A DNA stretch of 32,000 bases from Candidatus Methanoperedens sp. (GTDB lineage Archaea > Halobacteriota > Methanosarcinia > Methanosarcinales > Methanoperedenaceae). Shown here one piece after another: positions 10,074-19,245 of this stretch. Position 1 is the first letter of the stretch. Each line of letters starts with the position of its first letter. The DNA lies in the NCBI GenBank assembly GCA_041494705.1, contig JBGQBI010000005.1:90001-122000 (forward strand). Reading direction: 5' to 3'. The notes under the pieces are model-generated. The model searched no databases and was not told the DNA's origin. It worked only from the letters and a program-made list of their open reading frames with translations. The position numbers and the translations under genes are program-made.

Positions 10074-10582
10074 GCTTCCACCGAATTCATCCGTATTGGT
10101 TCTATCATAAGCAGGTCTTTTTTATTTGCCACATCCCTGAGGATATCCAAAGCCATGCCCAATTCTTTCTCGCCGACGGCATTGATGACAAGGTACGCGG
10201 ACGATGTTTTTTCTATGGCCGGCATTGAGAGCGACATGTCCACAACTTCTGCAAAACCTGTTGAGTCTATCCTGTCGATGGTGTCTCCCATGTCCGAATG
10301 AACGATATGCCCTATAAGAATTACAGAAACCGTGGACCGCAGGCGCTCTTCCCCGACCCTTGCTACCCTGACGCCGCTTTTTTCAAGCCGCTGGATGAGT
10401 TTGTTAAGGACCGTGTGCTCTATCTCGAAAGTGACCTGCACCGGGATTGTTCCTCTTGGTGTCTTCTCGTAATGCTGGTGCACGACACTCATGATATTGC
10501 CATGGAGTTCCGATATTGGCGCGAGCGCCAGAACCAGTTGCCCGGGGATATCCTTGAGTTCAAGGGTCATCGAAATTATCAT
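10070..10582 (-). CDS. ACT-domain (amino-acid-binding) protein, co-transcribed with hom
   Basis: LELKDIPGQLVLALAPISELHGNI is an ACT-like beta-alpha start. The track start at 10591 is GTG; ATG alternatives are at 10582 and 10570. Confidence 0.7.
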   Translation of the reverse strand: MIISMTLELKDIPGQLVLALAPISELHGNIMSVVHQHYEKTPRGTIPVQVTFEIEHTVLNKLIQRLEKSGVRVARVGEERLRSTVSVILIGHIVHSDMGDTIDRIDSTGFAEVVDMSLSMPAIEKTSSAYLVINAVGEKELGMALDILRDVANKKDLLMIEPIRMNSVEA

Positions 10583-10664
10583 GACTCTCACTATGCACAG
10601 GTGAGTAATAAGTTTTTTTGGTGGTTGGGAACTGTTTTAATTAATTGTTATATTGGATTTAACC

Positions 10665-12614
10665 TCATTCCCTCTCCTTCACAAGCACATCAACCACAGA
10701 AGGGTCTGCCAGCGTGGTAATATCGCCGAGATCATGAATAGCCCCTGATGCAATTTTCCTCAATATTCTCCTCATGATTTTCCCCGAGCGCGTCTTGGGA
10801 AGCGCATCCGCGAATTGAAGTTTCTCGGGTTTTGCAATCGGGCCTATGGAATTCCTGACATGAGCTATGAGTTCTGCCTTCAATTCGTTGCTTTTTATTT
10901 TGCCTTCCTTGAGCGTGACAAATGCATAGATAGCTTCACCTTTTATCTCATGCGGATAGCCAACCACTGCTGCCTCGGCAACTGCATTGTGGGATACAAG
11001 AGAACTTTCGATTTCCATAGTTCCGAGCCTGTGTCCTGAAACCTTTATAACATCATCTAATCTTCCCATTATCCAGTAATAACCATCCTCATCTTTCCTT
11101 GCTCCGTCCTCGGTCTGGTATAGTCCAGGGAAAGTGGTGAAATATTTGTCCTTGAAACGCTTGTGGTCGCCGTAAACCGTTCGCATCATCCCGGGCCAGG
11201 GCTTCTTGATAACAAGCTGCCCCCCTTCATTGACATCTGCTTCCTTGCCATCCGCTCTCAAAACCACCGGCTCGATACCCGGGAAAGGAAACGTCGCAGA
11301 GCCCGGCTTAAGCGGCGTTGCGCCCGGAAGAGGAGTTATCAGGATGCCTCCAGTCTCGGTCTGCCACCATGTATCAACTACAGGGCATCTCCCGTTCCCG
11401 ATAATGTTATAATACCAGAGCCATGCTTCCGGGTTTATGGGTTCTCCTACCGTACCAAGAAGCCTGAGGCTTGAAAGGTCTCTTCCTTTTGGCCACTTAT
11501 CTCCGCTTTTTTCCATTGCCCTGATAGCCGTAGGTGCGGTGTAGAAAATCGTAACCTTATATTTTTCAACGAGTTCCCAGAACCTGTCAGGTTTCGGATA
11601 ATCCGGCACCCCTTCGAACATAAGCTCAGTCGCCCCCGCTGCCAGTGGTGCATATACCGTATAGCTGTGACCTGTTACCCATCCGCAGTCCGCGGTGCAC
11701 CAGTAGGTATCCTCATCGCGGTAATCGAATATCCACTTAAAGGTCAGCAATACATATAGCAGGTATCCGCCTGTGGTATGCAGCACGCCTTTTGGCTTGC
11801 CCGTACTCCCGCTTGTGTAAAGGATGAACAGCGGGTCCTCGGCATCCATCGCTTCAGGTTCGCATTCCTCTGAGACTGAAGACATTTCTTCATGCCACCA
11901 GAAATCTCGTCCTTTTTGCATATTTACGCTGGCATCGGCGCGATTATAAACAATCACCGTTTCCACGCTGTTTTCAAGCGCCCTGTCAACATTCTCTTTA
12001 AGCGGCACCATCTTACCGCCCCGCAAGCCCACATTTGCCGTGATTACCATCTTACATGAACTGTCATGAATGCGGTCGCGCAGTGAATCTGCGCTGAAAC
12101 CCGCGAATACCACGTTGTGAATGGCGCCGATTCTTGCACATGCAAGCATCGAAATCACAAGCTGCGGTATCATCGGCAAATAAATTGCCACCCTATCGCC
12201 CTTCTTGATTCCTTTTTTCCTCAGAACGTTTGCGAATTTACATACTTCGGTATGCAATTGTGCGTAGGTATAACTCTCGGTGTCCCCGTTATCGCCTTCC
12301 CAGAATATGGCTATTCTATTCCCGCGTGAAGAAAGATGCCTGTCAAGGCAGTTGTACGATGCATTCAGTTTTCCCCCTTCAAACCATTTGCATATTACGT
12401 TATCAGGCTCCCATGAATAAACACTGTCCCATTTTTTAAACCACGCAAGGTCCTCCGCTTTCTGCGCCCAGAAAGATGCAGGGTCTTTAATGGAAGCGTC
12501 ATAAATTTTTTTATATTCTTCAAAACTTTTTATATATGCTTTTTTGCTGAATTCCGGTGCGGGGTTAAATATACGTTTTTCCTTAAGTAGGGATTCAATA
12601 GTGTATTCGGCCAT
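10665..12614 (-). CDS. acs: Acetyl-CoA synthetase (AMP-forming)
   Basis: 649 aa with [19 protein letters not shown] and [11 protein letters not shown] motifs. Confidence 0.96.
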   Translation of the reverse strand: MAEYTIESLLKEKRIFNPAPEFSKKAYIKSFEEYKKIYDASIKDPASFWAQKAEDLAWFKKWDSVYSWEPDNVICKWFEGGKLNASYNCLDRHLSSRGNRIAIFWEGDNGDTESYTYAQLHTEVCKFANVLRKKGIKKGDRVAIYLPMIPQLVISMLACARIGAIHNVVFAGFSADSLRDRIHDSSCKMVITANVGLRGGKMVPLKENVDRALENSVETVIVYNRADASVNMQKGRDFWWHEEMSSVSEECEPEAMDAEDPLFILYTSGSTGKPKGVLHTTGGYLLYVLLTFKWIFDYRDEDTYWCTADCGWVTGHSYTVYAPLAAGATELMFEGVPDYPKPDRFWELVEKYKVTIFYTAPTAIRAMEKSGDKWPKGRDLSSLRLLGTVGEPINPEAWLWYYNIIGNGRCPVVDTWWQTETGGILITPLPGATPLKPGSATFPFPGIEPVVLRADGKEADVNEGGQLVIKKPWPGMMRTVYGDHKRFKDKYFTTFPGLYQTEDGARKDEDGYYWIMGRLDDVIKVSGHRLGTMEIESSLVSHNAVAEAAVVGYPHEIKGEAIYAFVTLKEGKIKSNELKAELIAHVRNSIGPIAKPEKLQFADALPKTRSGKIMRRILRKIASGAIHDLGDITTLADPSVVDVLVKERE

Positions 12615-13029
12615 ATTGCTTTACCTGCCTTAGCTTAATTCATTGTCTCCATTAAATAAGTTATCAGGTTCCTGAAGGAATAAATCTGAGGTATCAGAAG
12701 AGTCTATATTAATCAAAGCATTATAAATCTTTATTTTACAAAATAAACTGTAAATAACTGTGTTTAACTTAAAATACACTTACCCCTTTGTTTCAACTGG
12801 AAAAACATATTGGACAATTATGGATATTATTATCACGAAGCGAACACCAGAAGGGATTTATTATTATATTAAGGCTATTTTAAGCTTGATTTTTAAAAAA
12901 TACGTAATTAACCATTGTTTTTTGATTTAAACACTAATTAACCTTTATTTCGATTGAAAAGCTTAAATATTAGGAGTTACATCTATTCACATGTCGTTCA
13001 CAAAATATTTCACCTAAGAAGGAGACATC

Positions 13030-13096
13030 GGAGGGGAAATCCGCATGTCAGGGCTGTCCGCTACGAACGGGCGGACAGCACCTCCAATTTTTTGAG
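13030..13096 (+). promoter_or_regulatory. Leader hairpin, then a T6 run, then a GAGG Shine-Dalgarno directly upstream of the 13102 ATG
   Basis: A 9-bp stem GCTGTCCGC (13053-13061) / GCGGACAGC (13071-13079) is enclosed by GGAGG (13030-13034) / CCTCC (13081-13085). TTTTTT follows at 13088-13093 and GAGG at 13094-13097. Confidence 0.35.
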
Positions 13097-13101
13097 GCAT
13101 C

Positions 13102-13629
13102 ATGAAATTACGGCTCGAAATCGAAGGAAAAAATGCAGGCAGCATAAATTATAAAGGGCCTGACTGCGCCGAACTTGCTGTAACTTATCTCAATTCAATC
13201 GAAGCCGATGAGGTTTTTATCCACCTGGAAAAGGATGACGGGACGAGAGCAAATGCGCAATTCGAAGGCGAATTCCTCGCCATGTCTGCCACTAAATTCA
13301 TCATGACGGCTGCAAAAAGTAAAACCGCTGCCCCGCAGGATACATCCTTTCCAACAGGCATCGACGAGTCCGAGCCACTCACTTTGAAAGAGCGTTTAGA
13401 GATGTTCCTGCGATTTGAATATCCCAGGATATGGTTCTCATCCATCGATGTAAAACGACAGTACGAGAACGTTTACGGGAAAATCAGCCTGAGCACCGTA
13501 TCAACATACCTGGCAAGAATGTACAGGGACAATATACTTTTGCGGAGAGGAAATCGCAACCAGAGGGAGTATCGGTTTAAAGAGGAAACCGCTCTTCTCT
13601 CGAATATGGAATATGCACTGGCAAAATGA
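13102..13629 (+). CDS. Hypothetical protein with a probable C-terminal winged-helix DNA-binding domain
   Basis: 175 aa with a good SD and ATG. The C-terminal half (ISLSTVSTYLARMYRDNILLRRGNRNQREYRF) looks like a wHTH recognition helix plus wing. The N-terminal half is unrecognised. Confidence 0.5.
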   Translation: MKLRLEIEGKNAGSINYKGPDCAELAVTYLNSIEADEVFIHLEKDDGTRANAQFEGEFLAMSATKFIMTAAKSKTAAPQDTSFPTGIDESEPLTLKERLEMFLRFEYPRIWFSSIDVKRQYENVYGKISLSTVSTYLARMYRDNILLRRGNRNQREYRFKEETALLSNMEYALAK

Positions 13630-13651
13630 ATGTGCAAAAATAGTGATGGGT

Positions 13652-13897
13652 TGATGAGCCGACCCTTCAAGGCTAACTTTCAGGGCTTACAGCACCCTCG
13701 CAACACTAAAACTCTGTGTCGGCTTCGCTGTAAATCGCGCTCCATGCGCTTTCTTATAGCACCCCGGACACGGGAGAAATCCCAGTCAAACCACTTCCTT
13801 TCAGACCTTGAACGGTCACGGGGCATTCACGCCCGGGAAACTTGGAATTTACTATATTCCAATATGGTCATTCTGCCGATTTCTTGCTAGCTCATCA
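13652..13897. ncRNA. Candidate structured RNA of unknown class; strand unresolved
   Basis: GC-richer block between AT-rich flanks. TGATGAGC (13652-13659) pairs with GCTCATCA (13890-13897). Internal hairpins include GGGA-GAAA-TCCC (13772-13783), CCCCG/CGGGG (13762-13766/13819-13823), GCTGTAA/TTATAGC around GCGC-TCCAT-GCGC (13727-13760) and TTGGAAT/ATTCCAA (13842-13862). The overlapping 86-aa ORF is R/S/C-rich and unconvincing. Confidence 0.3.
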
Positions 13898-13906
13898 TAG
13901 CGTGCG

Positions 13907-13932
13907 CCTTATTACACACATTTGTAATAAGG
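13907..13932. terminator. 9-bp hairpin CCTTATTAC/GTAATAAGG followed by a T-rich tract
   Basis: Stems at 13907-13915 and 13924-13932 with an 8-nt loop. On the plus strand it is followed by TAAATGATTATTTTATTTTATC. Confidence 0.35.
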
Positions 13933-14005
13933 TAAATGATTATTTTATTTTATCATGATTAATACTTTTCGATAACAAAACTGATAAAAAATAAGGTCAC
14001 ACTAT

Positions 14006-14230
14006 CTAATTAATAGTTTCAAGCTTGAACATCACATTTAAACCCTGCAATGTCATCTGAACTTTATCACCAAAACGCAGAATTTCCTCTACATTCACAT
14101 TTGTCCCCCATTCATAAACGTAATCGTGGGTTCCCTGCATTGGCTTGAACCCCAGGGACATAAGCCGCTGATTAATCTCTGATGGTTTTCCGCCTTCACT
14201 GTTAAACCATACGATTAGATAGCTTTTCAT
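14006..14230 (-). CDS. Small conserved-looking hypothetical protein (74 aa)
   Basis: ATG-started ORF with globular composition (MKSYLIVWFNSEGGKPSEINQRLMSLGF...). No family recognised. Confidence 0.5.
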   Translation of the reverse strand: MKSYLIVWFNSEGGKPSEINQRLMSLGFKPMQGTHDYVYEWGTNVNVEEILRFGDKVQMTLQGLNVMFKLETIN

Positions 14231-14270
14231 TGTTCTATAAGTTATTATTAATATTATATCATGTTTTTGG

Positions 14271-14525
14271 TCAATTCTCTTTATATCCCATCTCAGCTAA
14301 TAGATTCCTTGCTATGTCGAGTGAATCTTCTTTGGTCCCGGCTTTGATAAGCATTCTTCCGCTCGGGTACATCGAGATCTCCACTCCTTTATAATTCAAA
14401 AGCAGTATGTGTTTTGTCGCTACTTTTGTATCGAAAATCCTGCTTGCGCTGATAAGATCAATTTTAATATTGGTGCTCACTTCAAAAGCTGTTCTTCCGG
14501 AACATAATCTTACAGAAATTACCAT
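14271..14525 (-). CDS. Small hypothetical protein (84 aa), possibly with a TBP-like fold
   Basis: The segment VEISMYPSGRMLIKAGTKEDSLDIARNLL resembles the x-[LIV]-F-x-SG-[KR]-x-[LIV]-x-x-G-x-x-x-x-x-[EA] pattern of TBP-like domains. This is inference only. Confidence 0.45.
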   Translation of the reverse strand: MVISVRLCSGRTAFEVSTNIKIDLISASRIFDTKVATKHILLLNYKGVEISMYPSGRMLIKAGTKEDSLDIARNLLAEMGYKEN

Positions 14526-14589
14526 ATTTTAATTCCTGAGAGATGCAACGGAAATATATAAGCATGCGTACGAACTCAATAAAAACAAT

Positions 14590-15117
14590 ATGATGGGACG
14601 AAACGCACCGATTTTATTTTTATTCTTTTTATTTTTCTTTTTTGCATTCACAGGTTCAGGGACAGGCGATATCCTGTTGAACGGGACAGGCATATATCTT
14701 GCTTCAGGCGATTCCTACGGTCTTTACCAGGGATATGTGCTCAGCGTTAAAAGCGTAAGCAGCGATGGTTCTGTCTGGCTCCAATTAACGGAAAACGATA
14801 AGATAGTAAAAAGTGAAATAGTGGCAAGGGATTATTTCATTTACAATAAAAGCAACAGGACGATATTATCCATTAAAGTTGACAATATATATTATGGTTC
14901 ATCAGAACAAACCTTAGTCTCGCTATTCCCTGTTTACCAGTACATTGACCCTGATTTGCCTGTTCCTGATATAACCGAAATGATTCCCAACGATGTCAAC
15001 AATCCTGTTGACAAAAATCCCGCATCGAGAATAGGCACGCCGGGGGAACCTGTAATCTGGGCAGCCGGGGTCGTTTTTATTCTGGTTCTATATTATATCC
15101 TGCGTAAGTTATGGTGA
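14590..15117 (+). CDS. Secreted or anchored protein with an S-layer family duplication-type domain
   Basis: F-rich signal peptide (ILFLFFLFFFFAFTGSG), a beta-rich domain (GYVLSVKSVSSDGSVWLQLTENDKIV...) and a C-terminal TM anchor followed by RKLW. Confidence 0.6.
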   Translation: MMGRNAPILFLFFLFFFFAFTGSGTGDILLNGTGIYLASGDSYGLYQGYVLSVKSVSSDGSVWLQLTENDKIVKSEIVARDYFIYNKSNRTILSIKVDNIYYGSSEQTLVSLFPVYQYIDPDLPVPDITEMIPNDVNNPVDKNPASRIGTPGEPVIWAAGVVFILVLYYILRKLW

Positions 15118-15121
15118 AGTA

Positions 15122-16168
15122 ATGAAGATACTGAAAAAAGACCTCAGGTTTAATGAAGGAGAGATTTCACTTATCACTGAATCGCTGGATGACCTGTGGC
15201 ATCTAAAATATATCCTTGAGCCTCAAGACATCGTATTTGCATTTACCAAACGAAGAATTGAAGGCGCAACCGACAAACTCCGGCCTGAAAAAGCCGATAA
15301 AAAAACTGTGCGCCTAGGTATTCAGGTCGAGAAAGTCGAGTTCCATAAATTCTCAAACCGCCTCCGTGTGCACGGGATTATCGTGGAGGGAATAGATTCC
15401 GGGGCTTATCATACGCTCAACATCGAAGAAGGGACGAATCTTTCAATAATTAAAAAATGGAAGAACGACCAGTTAGAAAGGATAAGAGAAGCTGAAATTG
15501 CATCCCGCCGCCCAAGAGTGATAATAGCGACAATAGAAGAGGGAGAGGCATGTATTGGAATGGTAAGACAGTTCGGGGTAGAGGAATCATCATCGCTTCG
15601 CCAGTCGCTTGGAAAAAGAGAAGGAAATCAACGGAACGAATTTTTTGGCGAGCTGACAGCGCAGTTGAAGTGGGCTGCCGATAAAGTCGATGCTGTTATA
15701 CTTGCTGGTCCCGGATTCACCAAAGAAGATTTTCTTGATTTTGTAAAAACAAGGGAACCGGAACTCGCAAAAAAAATAGTTCTAGAGGACACTTCATCCA
15801 TAGGTGTTTCAGGTTTCCAGGAAGTACTGCGAAGAGGTGCTGTTGACAGGATAATGGAAGAATCAAGGATTGGCAGGGAAGCAATAGTCATCGAAGAATT
15901 GATGAAGGAAATCTCGACAAACGGTAAAGTTGCCTATGGTATGGATGATGTCAGGAATGCACAGAGCCTTGGCGCGATAGAGACTTTGTTGATAACTGAT
16001 GAACTTCTTCGTACCGAACGTGAAGGCAATAATATTGATGGTTTTCTAAAGGCGGTAGAACATTCGCAGGGGAGGATTGTGGTTTTCAGCACTGAATTTG
16101 AACCCGGGAAGAAACTTGAATCCCTGGGCGGTATCGCGGCACTTTTGCGGTTCAGAGTAACAGCATGA
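15122..16168 (+). CDS. pelA: Pelota (Dom34 homolog; ribosome rescue and mRNA surveillance)
   Basis: 348 aa. The N-terminus MKILKKDLRFNEGEISLITESLDDLWHLKYIL and the eRF1-like central and C-terminal domains (ILAGPGFTKEDF) match pelota. Confidence 0.92.
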   Translation: MKILKKDLRFNEGEISLITESLDDLWHLKYILEPQDIVFAFTKRRIEGATDKLRPEKADKKTVRLGIQVEKVEFHKFSNRLRVHGIIVEGIDSGAYHTLNIEEGTNLSIIKKWKNDQLERIREAEIASRRPRVIIATIEEGEACIGMVRQFGVEESSSLRQSLGKREGNQRNEFFGELTAQLKWAADKVDAVILAGPGFTKEDFLDFVKTREPELAKKIVLEDTSSIGVSGFQEVLRRGAVDRIMEESRIGREAIVIEELMKEISTNGKVAYGMDDVRNAQSLGAIETLLITDELLRTEREGNNIDGFLKAVEHSQGRIVVFSTEFEPGKKLESLGGIAALLRFRVTA

Positions 16169-16836
16169 ATCTTGAGAATGCAGCCAATGATATCAGGTAT
16201 CTGCTTGACAGGGGGTATCCTCAGGAAGGTGCCGTAGGATTCGTGTGCGCGCATTACCGGCTGGATAAGGGCTCAAAGCACCTTCTTTCAAGGTCTGTTC
16301 TCTCGAAGGAGGTTTCAGAAAAAAGGCGGAAAAAATTCTTGCCCTGCGAAATGATAAAAGGTAACGCCATAGCGATCGACGGGTATAATATCCTTATTGG
16401 ATTGGAGAGTATTCTTGAAAAAAGGGCTTTTGTTTGTGATGATGGAGTGATAAGAGACATCAAGGGAATTTTTGGGAATTATGAGACTTCAGAAAGCACT
16501 GAAACTGCAATTGAGCTGATATTACAGTTTTTAAAGGAAAAAACCCCTTCTTACGTTTGCTTTCTTTTTGATTCACAGATAAGCAAAAGCGGCATGCTTG
16601 CAGGGAGGCTAAGGAAAAAGCTTGATGAGTCGGGATTAAACGGCGATGCGAGGACTTCAAAGCATGCGGATTATACCTTAAAAAACTCTAAATACATTGT
16701 TGCTTCAAGCGACGGCGTGATAATCGATGAAGCAGAGAGGGTAGTTAATTTCCTGTACTGTCTGGTGTCAAGATTCGGATATTTGGAAGAAGGAGCGGTG
16801 CGCAAGTTGCCAGAAGTCATGATAAATAAATACTGA
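16165..16836 (+). CDS. Conserved archaeal protein: DUF434-like N-terminus plus a PIN/NYN-like predicted nuclease domain
   Basis: ATGA overlap with the pelota stop. The N-terminus has DIRYLLDRGYPQEGAVGFVCAHYRL. The C-terminal half has spaced acidic motifs IAIDGYNIL, CDDGVIRD, LFDSQIS and ASSDGVIID, reminiscent of YacP/NYN-PIN folds. The family assignment is from memory only. Confidence 0.5.
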   Translation: MNLENAANDIRYLLDRGYPQEGAVGFVCAHYRLDKGSKHLLSRSVLSKEVSEKRRKKFLPCEMIKGNAIAIDGYNILIGLESILEKRAFVCDDGVIRDIKGIFGNYETSESTETAIELILQFLKEKTPSYVCFLFDSQISKSGMLAGRLRKKLDESGLNGDARTSKHADYTLKNSKYIVASSDGVIIDEAERVVNFLYCLVSRFGYLEEGAVRKLPEVMINKY

Positions 16837-16901
16837 GTTATTATATGCCGCTTATATGCGTTCATTATCGGTTAATATTTTACTAATTGTCATACAAAAT
16901 A

Positions 16902-19157
16902 CTAATCGTTCTTCCATCTCATTTTAGCTCTCACCATCCTTATTTCCCCATACGAAAAATTATCCCCCAACTTTTCCTTTATCGGTTTCAGGGTATCTCC
17001 CCCCAATTCAATGATCGTCCTCGATATCGCTTCGATCTTTTCTTTCTTAATGAACTTCTCAATCTGGATATTTTCTCCTGAAACCATCAATTTTTCAATG
17101 TGACCATAGATAGTATTCAAAGATAAATTCCTTGTTAATGTGATCTCATCAAGATCCATTCCCTGATCCAGCATTTCCAGGGTCACATACTCACTGGACC
17201 GCTTTTTCACGGGCTGGATAAATGAGCTTTGTTTCTCGCAAAACCTGCGGATCTCGCTTATGAAAATAGCGCCATATCTCTCAAGTTTCTTATCTCCCAC
17301 ACCTGTTATCTTTCGAAAATCCAGAGGAGTGCATGGGCGCAGCGCAGCCATCTGTTTCAGGCTGGCGTCATTAAATATCATATATGGCGGATAATTCTCG
17401 GCGTCAGCCAGTGTTTTTCTTAATGTCCGAAGCGCCTCGAACAATCCACTGTCATCGGAATCCTGCTCTATTATTGCAGGTTTTTCGACAGCCTGGGGTT
17501 TTGCAAGGTATATTTTTTCGTGTGTCACCTCCCCTTTTGTACCAACTAATAAATCCCTGCTCTTCTGGCACAATTTCAGGACAGGATATTCGCCTTCCAA
17601 TTTGAGATAGTCGCGCTGGATGAGTTCTCGAATAAACCCATGCCATATTTTCTTCGGCAGGTTCTTACCCGACCCGTATGATTTCAATATCGTGTGACCG
17701 TTATGCATAACGCGGCTGCTTTTGCTTGCTGTAATCACATCTATGCAATAGTTTATCCCGAACATTTCATCCAGTTCCTGGACACAGGAAATGATAGTCA
17801 ATATCTCACCAGTTGCTTCGATCTCATCCTTTGGCATGAGGCAGTTATCGCAGCCATTGCACTTATTCTCTTTATAGTCCTCGCCAAAATAACCAAGGAG
17901 GAGCTTCCGCCGGCACACGGTTGTTTCACAAAAATTTATGATGTCCATTAATTTATTATGTGATATTTGCCTTTCCTTTTCATTTGCCATCTGGTTTATG
18001 AAATACTCAATCTTCTGCCTGTCGCCGTAGCTGTAGAAAAGCACGCAATCGCTCCTCAGCCCGTCCCTGCCTGCGCGTCCTGTTTCCTGGTAATAGGCTT
18101 CAAGGTTTTTGGGGAGGTCATGATGTATCACAAAACGTATGTTGGGTTTGTCGATGCCCATTCCGAAAGCGACAGTGGCGACAAGTATTTCCACATCATC
18201 TTTTATGAACTTTTCCTGGTTCGTTGACCTTATGCTCGCGGAAAGACCCGCATGATACGGAAGCGCCCGAAACCCTGCAAATTTCAGGTTTTCTGTGAGA
18301 GATTCTACGTTTTTCCTGCTGTAGCAGTAAATTATACCTGATTCACGGGGCTTTGTTTTTAAGAACTCTACTATCTGCCTGAATGCATCCTGCTTGGGTT
18401 TGACATAATAAACAAGGTTCTCCCTGTCAAAGCTTGCAATATATTTTCTGCAATCTTTGAGTTCAAGCTGGTTGACGATATCTTCCCTGACTTTCATGGT
18501 CGCTGTGGCAGTAAGGGCAATTATGGGGACATCAGGAAAAGCCGCGCCGATCAATTTCAACTGCCTGTATTCAGGCCTGAAATCATGTCCCCATTCCGAG
18601 ATGCAGTGAGCTTCGTCAATTGCGAACAGGCTTATTTTTAATCCCTTTAAAAATGAATGGAACGAAGGGATGGTCAGTCTTTCCGGCGCAATATAGAGAA
18701 GCCTGACCCTGTTTTGCATTAGGGCGGATTTTATTTTTATAATTTCTTCGTAATTCAATGAACTGTTGAGATACTCAGCCGGGATGCCATTTGACCTGAG
18801 GCTGTCCACCTGGTTTTTCATCAGGGAAATGAGAGGAGAGACTACGATCGTTAATCCCTTAAAAAGCAGGGATGGATACTGGTAGCACAGGGATTTTCCA
18901 CCGCCGGTGGGCATCAGAACAAGTACATCATTCCCTTTCAGGACGTCAAGTATTATATCCTGCTGGAGCTGCCTGAATTCGGAATAACCAAAATAGCGCC
19001 TGAGTATTTCTTTATCGATAACTGTGGACGTCCCATCTTTCTGCGCCTGGGGTTTTACCGTTTTTTCAACGGTTTTCAATTTTGGGCACAGGTCAAAAAG
19101 CCCTTCATCTTTTAACCCGCACCTATCGCATGCTTCGCATGTACTGCAAACCTGCAT
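16902..19157 (-). CDS. recQ: RecQ-family ATP-dependent DNA helicase with HRDC and C-terminal HTH domains
   Basis: FGYSEFRQLQQDII, MPTGGGKSLCYQ, DEAHCISEWGHDFRPEY, the zinc-binding CRRKLLLGYFGE...CDNC and an HRDC-like LFEALRTLRKTLADAENYPPYMIFNDASL. The track start at 19178 is TTG; the first ATG is at 19157. Confidence 0.9.
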   Translation of the reverse strand: MQVCSTCEACDRCGLKDEGLFDLCPKLKTVEKTVKPQAQKDGTSTVIDKEILRRYFGYSEFRQLQQDIILDVLKGNDVLVLMPTGGGKSLCYQYPSLLFKGLTIVVSPLISLMKNQVDSLRSNGIPAEYLNSSLNYEEIIKIKSALMQNRVRLLYIAPERLTIPSFHSFLKGLKISLFAIDEAHCISEWGHDFRPEYRQLKLIGAAFPDVPIIALTATATMKVREDIVNQLELKDCRKYIASFDRENLVYYVKPKQDAFRQIVEFLKTKPRESGIIYCYSRKNVESLTENLKFAGFRALPYHAGLSASIRSTNQEKFIKDDVEILVATVAFGMGIDKPNIRFVIHHDLPKNLEAYYQETGRAGRDGLRSDCVLFYSYGDRQKIEYFINQMANEKERQISHNKLMDIINFCETTVCRRKLLLGYFGEDYKENKCNGCDNCLMPKDEIEATGEILTIISCVQELDEMFGINYCIDVITASKSSRVMHNGHTILKSYGSGKNLPKKIWHGFIRELIQRDYLKLEGEYPVLKLCQKSRDLLVGTKGEVTHEKIYLAKPQAVEKPAIIEQDSDDSGLFEALRTLRKTLADAENYPPYMIFNDASLKQMAALRPCTPLDFRKITGVGDKKLERYGAIFISEIRRFCEKQSSFIQPVKKRSSEYVTLEMLDQGMDLDEITLTRNLSLNTIYGHIEKLMVSGENIQIEKFIKKEKIEAISRTIIELGGDTLKPIKEKLGDNFSYGEIRMVRAKMRWKND

Positions 19158-19245
19158 GAAAGCTATTGACAATTCCAATCACAATAACGGTTTCTATGAG
19201 TCTGTTGTTGCTGTTGATGCGAATTTCTGGAATTGTCTAAACGAA

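Noticed and set aside
12954-13154. 66-aa ORF spanning the leader of the 13102 gene.
   Set aside because: It has a non-ATG start, an extremely basic low-complexity translation, and overlaps the hairpin, the RBS and the real start.
13630-13890. 86-aa ORF (MCKNSDGLMSRPFKANF...).
   Set aside because: R/S/C-rich, non-globular composition, no RBS context, and it coincides with the dense secondary-structure block.
13652-13899. Hammerhead-like UGAUGAG motifs (plus strand at 13652, minus strand at 13899).
   Set aside because: The plus-strand copy has U instead of the essential C (UUGAUGA). The minus-strand copy has no feasible stem II, because GCTAGC has no loop. The two motifs are better explained as the two strands of one long-range helix.
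13640-13935. SRP (7S) RNA on the minus strand. AAGGUCUGAAAGGAAGUGG resembles the helix-8 motif AGGUCCGGAAGGAAGCAGCC, and the length (~300 nt) with a terminal T5 run fits.
   Set aside because: The universally conserved AGCA of the symmetric loop reads AGUG here. There are no recognisable Alu-domain or helix-6 features, and the region is far less GC-rich than archaeal SRP RNAs I recall. It is kept only as an unknown structured-RNA candidate.
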